64,000 bases of DNA from Hemiscyllium ocellatum (lineage: Eukaryota). Below the pieces are notes generated by a model. It was given only the letters and a program-made list of their open reading frames with translations, ran no database searches and was not told the origin of the DNA. Below, one piece after another: positions 1 through 13,087 of this stretch. The stretch's first letter is position 1. Every line of letters starts with the position of its first letter. The translations under genes and the position numbers were made by a program. The DNA is taken from the NCBI RefSeq assembly GCF_020745735.1, contig NC_083412.1, positions 74,552,320 to 74,616,319 on the forward strand. The letters run 5' to 3'.

Positions 1-460
1 AACTGATACTGGAGATGGCAAGACTGTCATATAGGGAGAGGGTGGTTCAATCAGAATTGTATTCACTAGGGTTTAGAAAAATGAGAGGGGATTTAATTGA
101 AATGTCTATAATTTTAACATGGCTAGATAGGCAAGATGGGAGGAAGATGCTTCCCTGGTTGGTGAATCTAGAACCAGGGTCTAGTCTCACGTTGTGGTCA
201 GCCATTTAAGCCATTCCTCTTCTCCACTTAGAGGGTGCATACCCTGTGGAATTTACTGCCACAGAAGGCTGCAAAGGCTAGGTCATTGAGTTTGTTCAAG
301 AAAAAAATTAATAAATGTTTAGACATTAGAGCCATCAAGGGGTATTTCGAGAAAGTGAAAATATGGTACTGATAAAGGATCAACTCTGAACATATTGAAT
401 GGCGGAGCAGGTTCAATTGGCCAAATAGCCGAATTGTAGCTTCTCCTAGTTTCTATGTTA
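1..460 (+). mobile_element. CR1 LINE 3' remnant
   Basis: ORF 15..209 LSYRER..LYSLGFRKMRGDLIEM is the CR1 ORF2 C-terminus, followed by a CR1-like 3'UTR (GGCCAAATAGCC..TTCTATGT). Confidence 0.8.
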
Positions 461-1419
461 GCATCTGGTTAAAGAGCAGAATTGAGGATAGCCAACATCG
501 TCAGAGAATTTTGCATTGAGTGAGGTAAACTATTCGGGGGCGGGGGGAGGAATTTACAAAGAAGAGCAAAAAGAAAAATGTTCCACAGAATTGAGCTGTA
601 GTCGCACACGAATTTTCAAACTACTCAAAATAACCTGTTTTGATGCTCTTGGTGCTTGCCAGAGTCACAACAGGAAATACTGCAGCCCTACCTCAAAGTT
701 TTGACCATTGATTTTATTGATTGGAAGGTTGTTGCACCTATGTTCTCTGACAGCAATATGGAATTGCAAGGGGGGAATCTCCACTCAGCTTTTCTATCAT
801 ATAATGTTTTTTGGTGTATATTTTGACAACCTCTGATTGATAACACAATGTGGATTTTGTTGTTTGCACATTATCTCCTATCACAAATCACAGAAGTAAT
901 TCTGTACTTGTCAGTTGGTGTGTGATTGTATCAAGATGATGTATCATGCCACAGCCAAATTCCAAACATGAAACAAAGCAATTTTGGATGAGCTTATTGG
1001 CTGGTAGTGTTGAGCTCTGGACTGAATATAAACAAGGAGAAGGAGGTGACGGTAGCATGAGGAAAGTAAATCCTATATTTATGGAAAATAACAAATTGTT
1101 TGAAATGCCTGTTGCTAGCTCAATCATCAGTCAGGGCTGTTTACAGCAAAGTCCTGGATTGACTAGAAGTCTGTTTTTGTTTTGCCTTTTTCAGGTAAAG
1201 ACAGTAAATGGTCAGAACTACATAGGTTTCACCTCTGAGCACTAAACAAATCATACAGTGATCTCCAGAAGTGATGACTCCCCTGCATTGAACTCCAGCT
1301 GAATTTCGCAAATCAGACAGTGAATCTTATAGTCATAGTCATGCCAGAAAGTCTCAAGAACACTTGCAGATTTTCTCACTCGACAATGAATGGGCAACCC
1401 TTGGAAGAGTTGGCTACAA

Positions 1420-1965
1420 GTGGCTACAAGAGAAGGCCAGAGTCTAGGAATACTGCAATACGTAACTCATCTCCTGACTAACCAAATCCTGTCCACCATC
1501 TTCAAGGCACAAATCAGGAGCATAACGGAATACACCCCACTTGCCTGGATAAGGGCAGTTCCAACAACATTCAAAAAGCTTGATACCTTCCAGGACAAAG
1601 CAGCCCGCTTTATTGGCGTCACATCCCCTCGTTCCACCACTCACGCACAGCAGTAGTAGTGTGTACTATCTACAAGATTCACCGTAGAAATTTACCCAAG
1701 ATCCTTAGACAGCACCTTCCAAACCCATGGCCACTTCCATCTAGAATTAAAAGGACAACAGATACATGGGGACACCCTTAGCCTCAAAGTCACCATCCTG
1801 ACTTGGAAATATGTTGCCATTCCAAAGCTGGATCAAAATCCTGCAATTCCCTCCCTAACATTGTCAGTCTACCTACAGTACATGGATTGCAGCAGTTCAT
1901 GAACGCAGCTTACCACCACCTTCACAAGAGTCAATGGGTACAGGCAACAAATGTGAGCCCAGCGT
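1420..1965 (+). mobile_element. L2/CR1-group LINE 3' remnant
   Basis: TIFKAQIRSITEYTPLAW..KKLDTFQDKAARFIG post-RT motif; related copies at about 25100-25660 and 47130-47930 (shared CACCATCCTGACTTGGAAATAT-type segment). Confidence 0.7.
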
Positions 1966-2759
1966 TGTCTCTTTTTATTACTGCCAGTACAAATATAGTA
2001 TCATTAATAAAAAGTGAATTCGTGAAACAGATGACAAGACCAACAAAACAGTGCAAAAGTAGCTAATCAGCTTATTACTTTTCAATTTACTGTTGTCCAC
2101 TCTCTCTGAGGGCTTCTACATAACAATGCGGGTAAAGAAACTGATTTGAAATGGTGGCAATGCATCATTGTGCTTGAAAATTGATGTCGCTGTAATTCTG
2201 ATTAGAAACAAAATCCTATGGCAGTGGCACTGAATTTTTAATGAGTCCTAATGAACATACTCATTAGTGTCACAAATGGCAGAGCAGTCATTATCTTTAT
2301 CAGTTGCTGAACCCCATTACCTTTTGCTGGAAATAGATACTGAATGATGTATCTGGTCAAAGTGGAATGGGGTAGCACTTGGGAAATCACAGATCCTGAA
2401 GACTTTTAGTCTTTTTCAATACATTGATTTTACTTCATGTAACTAAAACGAAGATGCATTATTTTGGGAAAAAAAAGGTTACGACCCAAAAGAGTTGAAA
2501 AATGCAGCATTAGAGGCAGACTTAACCATTAAATGGGAACAGGTTTCCTGCTGTTAAAGAACAAAGGATTTTAATCATATGTGACAGTGGTGTTTGGAAA
2601 GAAAAAAAACTTTCAACATTCTCTACTGATTTTATTGGTAACTTTCCCATGGGAGCATAGTCCCAGATTGGTGGTGCCATTGCCTTCTGATAACAATATA
2701 TGCTATACATAGAGTCCACAATAGGCCAACACCTGCATGATAGTTGATGGAATTTAACT

Positions 2760-3135
2760 TTTCTTGATTAATAAGAGAGTCAATACTAGGGTAGGTGGAA
2801 CTGTGGAATTGAGGCCATAATCAGATCAGCAATTATGTTGTCCAATGGCAAAGCAGGCAAGAAGGAATGCTCTCCCCCAGAAGGCAATGGAGATCAAGTC
2901 TCTGGATGCTTTCAAGAAAGAGATAGATAGAAGTCTTAAAGATAGTGGCTATGGGTATAAGGCAGGAACAGGACACTGATTGTGGATGATCAGCCATGAT
3001 CATAATGAATGATGGTGCTGGCCCAAAGGGCCGAATGGCCTACTCCTGCATCTATTGTCTGTAGTCTATTGTCTAATGTCTAGGAGGGCTAAATGGTCTC
3101 CTCTTGCTTCTTATTCAAATGTTTGTATGTTTGCT
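2760..3135 (+). mobile_element. Nested CR1 3' tail fragments
   Basis: GATCAGCCATGAT..AAGGGCCGAATGGCCTACTCCTGC tail plus CTATTGT-like terminal repeat. Confidence 0.65.
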
Positions 3136-3589
3136 TATTTGTATGAAGATACATTTAGTTAAAGTTGACTGGGGAAAAGGCTTAAAATAAGAGGATAGAT
3201 ATGCAGTGGAGGTAGATACTTAACAAAGATTTATTTCATTGAAGAAAAGGGGTGTTTGAGAAAGATAAACAATTGTTATTGAATAACAAGGCTAAGGAAA
3301 ATAACAAATTGTTGTGAAGATTAGTTATGGATCTGAAAATTTTGAAAAGTTTAGAAGTATGTGAAGGAGAACCAAAAATATAGAAGAAGGATAAAATAGT
3401 TTATAAGAATAAACTAACAAGGAATGAAAAACAGACAACAAGTACTTCTGGAATCTGATAAAAAGGAAGGGAGTAGCTAAACATTTAACTCTTAGCGAAT
3501 GAAACTGGGAGATTAATAATGGCAAATTCAGAGTGGAGGGGCCAGGAAGCTCCCAATGCTATTGGCACAACGAAAGGGCATGTATCTCG

Positions 3590-3692
3590 AGAAATAAAAA
3601 TAGAAATTTCTGGAAAAGCTTAGCAGGTCTGGCAGCGTCTGTGAAGAGAAATCAGAGTTAAAGTTTTGGGTCCAGTGACCCTTCCTTAGAAC
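3590..3692 (-). mobile_element. PLE terminal fragment (family D) with degenerate hammerhead
   Basis: Reverse complement reads TTCTAAGGAAGGGTCACTGGACCCAAAACTTTAAC; same family at 12520-12612, 17785-17895 and about 21480-21555. Confidence 0.6.
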
Positions 3693-3899
3693 CCTTCCTG
3701 TATCTCTAAATTCTTGTCAGCCTCCCTGGGAGAGATGGATGTTGCTGTGGGAGGTCAATGACTTCAAGGTCACCTCAATGTGGAAGCACAATTACTGGCC
3801 TCACATCAATCATCACATAACTGGCATTTAGACCAGTAGGTAGATGAATTGTCTTTCTGGGGAAACTGTGTCACTGGATTAGCATTTATTAATTCCTGA

Positions 3900-4550
3900 A
3901 TCACAGAATTGTTATGTGCAGAAGAAGGCCAAGTGGCCCATCAAGCTTGCATCAGTTCTATTATCTAGTGCTAATCTTCTGCCTTTTCCCCAAATACTTG
4001 CACACCATTTCTATCCAAAATATCACTTGTTGCCTTCTTGACTGCTTCATTAAACATGCCATCACTATATTTCCAGGCACTGCTTTCCGTACCCTAACTA
4101 CTCACTGTGTGAAAAAAAATTCTCATGTCATCCTTGCTTCATTTGCACATCACTTTAAATCTATGTCCTCTTGTTCTTTTTTTCTTCTTTTATGAGTGGA
4201 AACAGCTTCTCCTTGTCTACTCTGTCCAGCCCACTCATGATTTCAAAAACCTCTATCAAACCTCCTCTTACCTTTCTTCTCTCTGAGGAGAATGGTCCCA
4301 ACTTGTTTCATGCGAAGAGATTATGGAGGTTGGGACTGTTTCTACTGAAGGTTCTCAGTCCTGGAAACATGCTCCTGGACTCTTTCCAATGCATTCACAG
4401 GTTTTCCAAAAATGTGGCAACAACAGTAGACAATACTCCAGCTGAGCAAGTTCAACATCATCTCCTTCTCTAGTACACTATGCCCCTATTAACAAAATTG
4501 AGGTTACCATATCTTTTATTAAAAGCCATCTCCACCTGGACTGCCACCTG
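3900..4550 (-). mobile_element. Old CR1 3' remnant
   Basis: Antisense CR1 tail (AGAAGGCC..GGCCCATCAAG) and decayed ORF2 C-terminus. Confidence 0.7.
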
Positions 4551-4859
4551 TGCATACCCTCTTTGAAGCCTCTCAACCCAATGGCCACCCTGCATTGAAG
4601 TTGTTGTCTCTGGTAGGGACAGATTTGGCAAAAACAATCTGGGGAGAGGTCACAACTTTATTGCTAATTGGTCCTCAACCAAGTTATATTGACTGACAGC
4701 ATGCATGGAGCACACAACCAAACTGTTTCCCAAGGCATCTCTGGAAAAATAACTTGGATATCGAAATGCAAGGGGGAGTCAACCTGACATTGATACCCCC
4801 TTCTTCCTGGGGCTGGGAAAATTCTACATAAAGGTTTTGCAAAAGAAATGTGGATAGTT

Positions 4860-5545
4860 TGAGTGACTGTGCTACCTGGCAGCATCAGTCTAATATCAGA
4901 AAAAGTGAGGGTGTCCACTTTGGGAAGAAGACTAGAAAAGCATTCTTTTTTAAATGGGAAGTGACTTGAGAATGCTGATGCACAGCTAGCCTTGGGTCTT
5001 TCTGCATGAATCATAATAAGTTAGCATGTAGGTAGATCAAGTTTTTGGGAAGGCGAATGGAATGTTGACCATTAATGCAAGTTGAAGCAATATAAAAGTA
5101 ACGAAGTCTTGCTAAAACTGAACACCACATTTTAGAGAGACTACACCTATTGCACTGTGTACTTTTTATCTTATCATTTAAGGAAAGATCTACTTGCATT
5201 TGAGGTAGTTCAGAGGATGTTCACACACATATCTGAAGCATGTGATGATATTTATTTTATGATATGGCAAGATAGTTGAACCTGTATGCATTGAAGTTTA
5301 GAAGAATGAAAGGCGGTCATGTTGAAACATATAGGATTCTGAGGGAAGATGCTGAGAAGGTATTGCCCCTCATGGGACAATCCTGACTTAAGGAGTATAA
5401 TTTTTTGACAGTGATGTATCTTTTGAATTACAGACAAATTCTAGAACTATAAGGGAGTTAAGGTTATGAGAAATAAAATGCAATCAGAATAGCTCCAATC
5501 TTATTGAATGGTAGAGCAGAATCAAGGGACCATATTGACCTTCTC
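4860..5545 (+). mobile_element. Old CR1 3' remnant
   Basis: Decayed VHFGK..GKANGML..RGGHVETYRIL motifs and CR1 tail. Confidence 0.6.
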
Positions 5546-6510
5546 TTATATATTATATTGTTATATTATTATCTTCAATTTATCCCCACACTCTGTATTT
5601 CTGCAATAATTTATTATGGCAACATCTTTAATGACAAGTCTGAGCATTTTTTACTCTTTCTGCTTTATATTTTATATATTTAGCAATTCATGAAACAAAA
5701 CATTATATTCCTATAGTAAAACATTATCCTGACAGTGTTCACCTCTTTAACATTTTAGTTATGATAAAGGATCATTTTTATTCTGTCAAAGAGAATCTTT
5801 GGTAATCCTTCTTAATGCTGTATTTTAATTCACCTTAAAAGCTGTTTTGTCCCTGATGTTAGAAACTGCGGTAGAGTAACAAGTTTGATTGAAATGAATT
5901 TTAATGAATAATTTTTAATCAGTAATAGCAAAAAGGCATTGCTTTTAATATAATTAATGTGTTGGCATTATGTAGCTACCTCTAATAACAATGAATTGAC
6001 TTGGCATTTGATTTAGGAAACGTGTCACATGGAAAAGAAATCTCAAATACCATGGTAAAAATCGGAAGGCTTTCTGACAATCAGGATACACTATCTTGTT
6101 AATTAAATGTAGAGTAATTCCACAATGAATAAATTAGTCTCTTAAATCTCATCGCTTGGCAGATATTATATCGTGAACACATACTATTTTTACCAAAGCA
6201 TATTGAGTCAGTATAATGCAAGTTTCAACTAGCTTCAATGGAAAGACATGAAATGGCGAATTGGTCTTATTTAAAAGTGTGAAAATTGCTCCTTTGAAAT
6301 GATTGTAAACTGTAGACGGAGAGCATATGCATGCATTGTTGATTCAGAGTGTGATTTTTTTTAAATGGAGGAGCTACTAAAAAAAACTAAAATCATGGTG
6401 ACTCCTTCAACGGGTCTCCAACCCCAGCAAAGCAGTCAGAATGTGGACAGAAATTAACAAAAAAGGTCAAAAGGGCACAGAAGGTACTTAATAACATGCA
6501 TTTTATGATA

Positions 6511-6711
6511 TGATTTGGAGATAGCTGTGTTGGACTGGGGTGTACAAATGTAAAAATCACACAATACCAGGTTATAGTCCAACAGATTTAACTAGAAGCA
6601 ATAGCTTTTGGAGCGACGCTCCTTCATCAGGTGGTTATGGAGCATCGTTCCGAAAGCTAGTGTGCTTCCAATTAAACCTGTTGAACTATGATCTGGTGTT
6701 GTGTGATTTAA
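6511..6711. mobile_element. PLE-derived inverted hairpin insertion (family C) with hammerhead motifs
   Basis: Arms AAATCACACAATACCAGGTTATAGTCCAACAG.. and ..CTGTTGAACTATGATCTGGTGTTGTGTGATTT; minus arm reads CCTGATGAAGGAGCGTCGCTCCAAAAGCTA; TSD CATTTTAT(G/A)ATA at 6499-6510 and 6712-6723. Confidence 0.8.
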
Positions 6712-6999
6712 CATTTTATAATAGATTTAGACTCTCACTGTACCTTAGATACTTACCTTAGATTGCCTTTATGCTTTGACCTGAAGCAATAATACTTTCC
6801 TCATGTGCATCTTTTTCCATGTTACATATGATGAAAGCATTGTTGGGATATCTACCACATTGCTGTCTAGTCAACCCATTTTCCTGCTTAGTTTTAACAC
6901 TTGACTCTGAACTGTGTTATAATTAGAATGCATCTAATGAAAAACCCAAGTAAATAAAAAATACTTGAATTCATAAGGCAGAATTATTGCAGAATTGTA

Positions 7000-7930
7000 A
7001 TGTTTTAAAACACTTACCACTGATAAGGTACTTTTGAAGTGAGGTCATTGTTGTAATGAAGGGGTGACAGCAATGTGGTGAAAATCAGATAAATGTTTTT
7101 GTGATGGTTCATTCTGGGTGATATGCATTCTTTTGTCATGTGGTTTGATGCCACGATGTTAGTTTGGGCTCAAGAAAGAGTGATTTAACAGAAGAAAAAG
7201 TCACAATTGTCTTCAGTCTTAGACTACACGGTTGGTTCTGTTAGAATGTGTGTTTCTTCAATAAAACCAATTGGCTTTAAAGCGATTGAAGAATTTAGAC
7301 TGCAGTTTGTAGAATGTGAACTTTCTTTACCTGAATTGGCTGTAAAGCCATTCCGGCCCCATTAGTTTAAACGATGCAGCTATTATGTGATTTTCGTAAA
7401 ACACGAGATCACACAAGAATGGAGGTATCGCATTCACGTTATATCAGAATCGACTGTATATTTATTCGAAATACGGTATTATCTGGTAATCATAGCCTTT
7501 GATTTATAATTACATTAGGTTAGGATGAAATGATCATTTTGTGTTCATGTCCTTGTGCCTCTTAAGACTTAATTTAACTTAACTTTTAATTTAACTCCTA
7601 ATTCTAGCATATTTAATCTCCACTCACCTTATGCTCAGTGATGTACAGCTCTGAGACATCATCACAAGGTTACTCCATGATCCTGAAGTTTTTACCACAG
7701 CATACAACAGGGATAATTCTCTGCTTAGTTTCAAAATAGGGCCATCCTGTCTTTTATGTCAACTCAAGCAGGCAGTTGAGGCCTCAGCTTAACACCTCAC
7801 CCAAACAAAAACTCAGCTTCAATAGCGCAATGCTCTCTCATTGGTGAACTGCAGTGTTAGCCTTAATTGTTATGCTCAAGCACTGGTATGGATGATTGAG
7901 AGACCAATGCTATCAATTGAGTCAGAGCTA
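7000..7930 (-). mobile_element. Old tRNA-derived SINE remnant (SacSINE/Deu-like), split by later insertions
   Basis: Tail-like segment 7010-7100 (TACTTTTGAAGTG..TGTTGTAATG) and head-like segment 7770-7930; similar copies at 52050-52430 and 53100-55900. Confidence 0.45.
7224..7458. mobile_element. Tc1/mariner Tigger-like MITE
   Basis: Imperfect TIRs GGTTGGTTCTGTTAGAATGTG / CACGTTATATCAGAATCGACTG with TA flanks; shares CCATTAGTTTAAAC core with 22652-22864. Confidence 0.65.
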
Positions 7931-8099
7931 ATACAACAGGGAAATGATTGACAAGTTGTTCTCCCAACTCAAAAATTCTCCAGTGTCAGCTCACTGATCT
8001 GATTTCTAAGATAAAATAATACTTCATGTGTATACATCCAAACCTATCTTTCATTGATCGAAAGATTATAGTAAATGGGATTGTTCTAAGATTTTGAAA

Positions 8100-11060
8100 T
8101 AGTAAGTGGGAGGGGGCCATACTGGACCTAGTATTGGGAAAGGAGCCTAGCCAAGTGATCAATGTTTTAGTGGGGGAGCTTTTTGAGAATAGTGATCATA
8201 ATTCCATAAGGTTTTGGATACTTATGATTAAGGACAAGAATGGACCTTGGATGAAGGTGTTAAATTGGAGGAAGGCAAATTATAAATGAATTGGGCAAGC
8301 ATTGGATCATATGGATTGCAAGTGGCTATTTGAGGGTAAATCCATTTGACATATGGGAGTCTTTTAATGACCAATTGATGAGAATGCAGGATAAGCATGT
8401 TCCTGTGAAAATGAAAGAAAGACAGGAATGGCAGGATTCAGGACCCTTGAATGACAGAGGAAATTATCAGCTTAGACAAAGAAAAAGGAAGCATACCTAT
8501 ATTCTGGGCAAATAAAAACAGACAAAGCAACTGAAGAATATGGAGAAAGTAGGAAGGAGCTCAAATGGGGAGTTAGGAGGGATAAAAGGAGCCATGAAAT
8601 GTCCTTGGCCAGTGGGTTAAAGAGAATCCCAAAGCATTTTATACATATATTAGGAGCAACAGGGTAGCTAGGGAAAGAATCGATCCATCGATGTTTCGGG
8701 CACAAACCCTTCAACAGGAATGAGGCTTGTGAGCTAAGGAAGTAGACAGATAAATGGGGGTAGGGGGGTGTGGATGGTGGTGTGGGGCTAGGGAAAGGAA
8801 GCTAAAAGTGCGATAGGTAGATGAAGGTGGGGTTAATGGTGATAGGCTGGAGAGGAGGGTGGATGGGACAGGTGGGACACCCGCATGAAGCATCCCCACT
8901 GCCCCAGGGCCAAACACTTTAACCCCCCTCCCACTCCGCCAAGGCCATGCAGGTGCTAGGCCTCCTCCATCGCCAAACCCCAACCACCCAATGTCTGGAG
9001 GAAGAACACCTCATCTTCTGCCTTAGGATCCTCCAACCACATTTGATTAATGTGGATTTCCCAGTTTCCTCATTTCCCCTCCCCCCACCTTATCCTAAAC
9101 CCAGCCTTCTAACTTGGCACCACCTTCATGACCTGTTCTACCTGTCTATCTTCCTTCCCCTCTGTCCCATCCACCCTCCTCTCTGACCTACCACTATTAC
9201 CCCCACCTCCATATCGCACTCTCTGTTATCTTCCCTTCCAGCCCAACACCCTCCCATTTATTTCTGTACTCCCTTGGCTCACAAGCCTCATTCCTGATGA
9301 AGGGCTTATGCCACAAATATTGATTCTCCTGTTCCTTGAATGCTGCTTGACCTGCTGTGCTTTTCCAGCACCTCATTCTGATCTCCAGCATCTGCAGTCT
9401 TCAAGGATATAGGAGGGAGGTTATTTATGGAATAAAACAAAATGTGTGAGATCCTTAATGAGTACTTTACATTGGTATTTACCAAAGAAAGGGACATGAG
9501 GGATGTTGAGGTGAGGGAAAGATATGTGAATACTCTTAGGCAGGTCAAGATAATGAAGGAAAAAGTCTTGGCTATCTTAAAATGTATTGAAGGAAACATG
9601 TTTCCAGGGCCAGATGGGATCTATCTCAGGTTACTGTGGAAGGTAAGGAAGGAAATAACTAGGCCGTTAACAAATATCTTTGCATCATTTTTGGTCTCAG
9701 GCAAGATTCCACATGATTGGAGAATGGCCAATGTTATTCCTTTGTTAAGAAGGTAAACAGAGATAATCCAGATAGTTACAGGCCAGTGAGTCTGATGTCA
9801 GTGGTGGTGAAGCTGTTGGAAAAGATACTGAGAGACAGGATCTATTCACATTTGGAAGTGAATAGACCTAACAGTGGTAGGCAGCAACTGTTTGTATGGG
9901 GAAGGTCATGTTTTACCAACCTGGTAAGATTTTGAGGGAGTGACAAGAATAATTGAAGAAGGAAAGGTTATGGCTGTCGTCTACATGGACTTTAATTAGA
10001 CATTTGTAAGGTATCTCGTGACAGACTGGTACAAAAAGTAGAGTCTCATGGGTTCCAGGATGTGCCGGATACAGAACTGACTTGGTTATAGAAGACAGAA
10101 TGTAGTAGTGGAAAGGTGGTTTTCAGAATGGAGATCAGTAACTAGTGGTGTTCTGTGGGGATCAGTTTGGGATCTTTGTTGTTTGTAATGTATCTAAATG
10201 ATCTGAAGGAAAATGCAGGTGGTCTGATTAGTAAGTTTGCAGGTGACAACAAAACTGGTGGAGTTGTAGATAGTGAGGAAGACTATCAAAGGACACAGTA
10301 GGATATAGATAGAATGCATTTTTGGGCAGAGAAATGGCAGGTGGAGTTTAATTGAGACAAATGTGAGGTGTTGCATTTTTAGAAAACCAAATTCAGGTGT
10401 GAATTCTACAATAAATAGCCAAAACCTGTAGAGCATTGACTTAGAGGGATCTCTGACGGGGGATAAGATGGTCAAGAAAGCATACAGCCCAATTGCTTTC
10501 ATTGGCTGGGGCATCGAATATGTAAGTTAGCAAGTTATGTTACAGCAGTTGGCACATTTGCAATATAGCATGCAGTTCTCATCACCACATTACCAGAAAG
10601 ACATGAATGCTTTGGAGAGTGTGCAGAAAAGGTTTACTAGAATGTTGCCTAGTCTGGAGGGTTTTAGTTTTGAGGAGAGATTGCATACATTTGGATTGAT
10701 TTCACTGGAAAGATAGAGGCTGAGAGGCGACCTGATAAAGCTCCACAAAATTTATGAGAAGTATAAATAGTTTGGATAGTCAGAGACTTTTTCCCAGGGT
10801 GGAAAGGTCAACTACAAGAGGGTACAGGTTCAAAGGGAGAAGGAGAAAGTTTTTCACACAGTGTGTGGTGGGTGCTTGGAACGCACTGCCAGAGGAGATG
10901 GTGGAAGCAGGCACATTAGCAACATTTAAGGTGTATCTTCTTAGATACGTGAATGTGAGGTGAACAGGGGGATAGAGACTGTGTATGAGCAACAAGTAGC
11001 AGGTTGAAATTCAGATTGTCAATCGGCACAGGCTTGATGGTTGAAGGTGCTGTAGTGTAT
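8100..11060 (+). mobile_element. CR1 LINE (end of APE, RT, 3' end), decayed and interrupted by a PLE at 8687-9401
   Basis: LDLVL/SDHN, PGPDGIY, YRPVSLMS, FAGD (from FADD), RGDLI motifs over several frames. Confidence 0.9.
8687..9401. mobile_element. Neptune-like PLE 3' end, inverted pair (family A)
   Basis: Plus arm encodes GIY-YIG C-terminus MQVLGLLHRQ..LEEEHLIFCL..LQP, then 3'UTR and CTGATGAAGGGCTTATGCC; minus arm 8687-8880 repeats the UTR and hammerhead. Confidence 0.85.
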
Positions 11061-12519
11061 TAATGTATTTACATGGTGTTGTTGTACATACTCACAACAT
11101 GTTGGTGTGGCAGCAATTTTATTCCGAAACCAATAAAAATGTAGAAATTCTTGATTGTGCCCAGGTGTTCCATTGCATCTAATAACCAATTTGGCAGCTC
11201 GTGAATTTTGTTAATAGTAAGATATATGCAATGATGAAATGCAATTGCTGATTCCACTCTGACCTTAGCAGAGAAGGAGAGCAGCAGAGGAGACCAAGCT
11301 GGGATCTTAAAATAGAGCAGTAGTGAGACATTGAACAAGTGAGTTCTATTCAGTAACCCACATATATATATTATGCTGTGTGTATGGACATAATATATTT
11401 TTGATGTCTCTATAAATAGAGTGCTACAGCACTGAAGAGAGATTGAGTGCCTTACGTTAACATAAGGGTAAACTATGGATGCTAGAAACCAAGAAAAGAG
11501 GCAGCATAGAAACGGAGTAACCTCTAAGAATTTATATGCAAACACACAATATGCAGACACCCACCACCCAGATTCTGTAAACTTATAAAGCATACACAAC
11601 TAATTTCAGTAAGGATGGTGACTGCAATGGAGACTTAAGAGTTGCAGAATTGAAGTCAGATCACAATTCGCAAGGCATGTGAGGAAAAGAGGGAAGGCTC
11701 TGACAGACAGGGTAACATCTGAGACAGGGTAACATGTCTTTCTGGTAATGTGGTGATGAGAACTGCATGCTATATTGCAAATGTGCCAACTGCTGTAACA
11801 TAACTTGCTAACTTACATATTTGAAGACATGTTACAGCCAGAAGACTTTGGAAAACAAATCGAGGTAATCAGAAGATTTCAAACAAAGAAAAAAAACATA
11901 TCAGTTACTTCCCTAGGTTAATATAGTACAGCAAGCAACTGGGATAGCAGCTCCATGTCACAGCAGTTTGAAAATGCTGGGGCCTCACAAAGCCATAAGT
12001 AGCAATTCCTGAGCTATAAAAAAACCACGTCAGAATTGCATACAACAAAGATAGTGCATCATATCAGTATATTTCTATATGCAGTTGTGCCTCGAGCTGA
12101 TGAAGTCCTCATGCGGCAAGGTGTCGAAGAAGGTACTTGTTAATTTGAAGCATTAATAAAGGTGTTCAATGCATATTTTAATGCAAAGTGAAATCTGGCC
12201 ACTGAAAGGATGAGATTTAACCATCAGTCCCAGCAGTGAATGGAATCGATTGGGGAAATTTTAACAGTTTAGCTGCATATACAGAGTCTTAAGAGACAAA
12301 TTAATAAGTTCTGCATCATTGTAGGCATCGCAAACAAAAAAACTCTGATTCTATTAATTCAAAAGGAAGTCATGCTAGAGCAAGCAATTCAATTTGCTTT
12401 TCAAATGGAGATAAAAAAATATTCTTTGAGGAAACATTGGGAATTCTTCTGATACGGTTGGATGGCTCAGCCCTAAGATAGTGAACCCTCACCCGCCCTC
12501 CCCCCCCCCCACCACCACC

Positions 12520-12612
12520 AAAATGCTAAACAAACATGGAAACAATGTACAGCAGGTCTGGCAACTTCTGTGAAGAATTAATATTTCAGGTCCAGTGACC
12601 CTTCCTCAGCAC
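12520..12612 (-). mobile_element. PLE terminal fragment (family D) with hammerhead-like core
   Basis: Reverse complement GCTGAGGAAGGGTCACTGGACCTGAAATATTAA. Confidence 0.6.
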
Positions 12613-12775
12613 TAAAAGCAACAGAGGACTTGATTGACACCCGGCTTCAGTAAATGAGAGCTGGCTGCAACAGACAATCCTGGACTGCACAACGATTGTT
12701 TGTCTTCATGCAAGTACTTATTTGTAATCTGGGGCAGAAATACAACCTCTGCTCATTTTGGTTCTGCTTTCTTTT

Positions 12776-13087
12776 AGATTAGATTAGACTTACAGTGTGG
12801 AAACAGGCCCTTCGGCCCAACAAGTCCACACCGACCCGCCGAAGCGAAACCCACCCATACCCCTACATTACCCCTTACCTAACACTACGGGCAATTTAGC
12901 ATGGCCAATTCACCTGACCCGCACATCTTTGGACTGTGGGAGGAAACCGGAGCACCCGGAGGAAACCCACGCAGACACGGGGAGAACGTGCAAACTCCAC
13001 ACAGTCAGTCGCCTGAGTCGGGAATTGAACCCGGGTCTTCAGGCGCTGTGAGGCAGCAGTGCTAACCACTGTGCCACCGTGCCGCCC
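12776..13087 (-). mobile_element. HE1-type tRNA-derived V-SINE, young and full-length
   Basis: Reverse complement: A box TGGCACAGTGG, B box GGTTCAATTCC, V-domain, CR1-like tail GGGCCGAAGGGCCTGTTTCCACACTG, (TAATC)n end. Confidence 0.92.

Noticed and set aside
946-1245. 99-aa ORF and strong splice acceptor TTTTGTTTTGCCTTTTTCAG at about 1194 as a host coding exon
   Set aside because: All frames after the acceptor stop within about 50 nt and no protein motif is recognisable. A UTR or non-coding exon cannot be excluded.
11069-11599. 176-aa minus-strand ORF
   Set aside because: No recognisable domain; lies in LTR-like AT-rich sequence and is probably a chance ORF.
13010-13087. tRNA gene (also at 40051)
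   Set aside because: The A/B boxes belong to HE1 SINE heads that continue into a V-domain and LINE tail.
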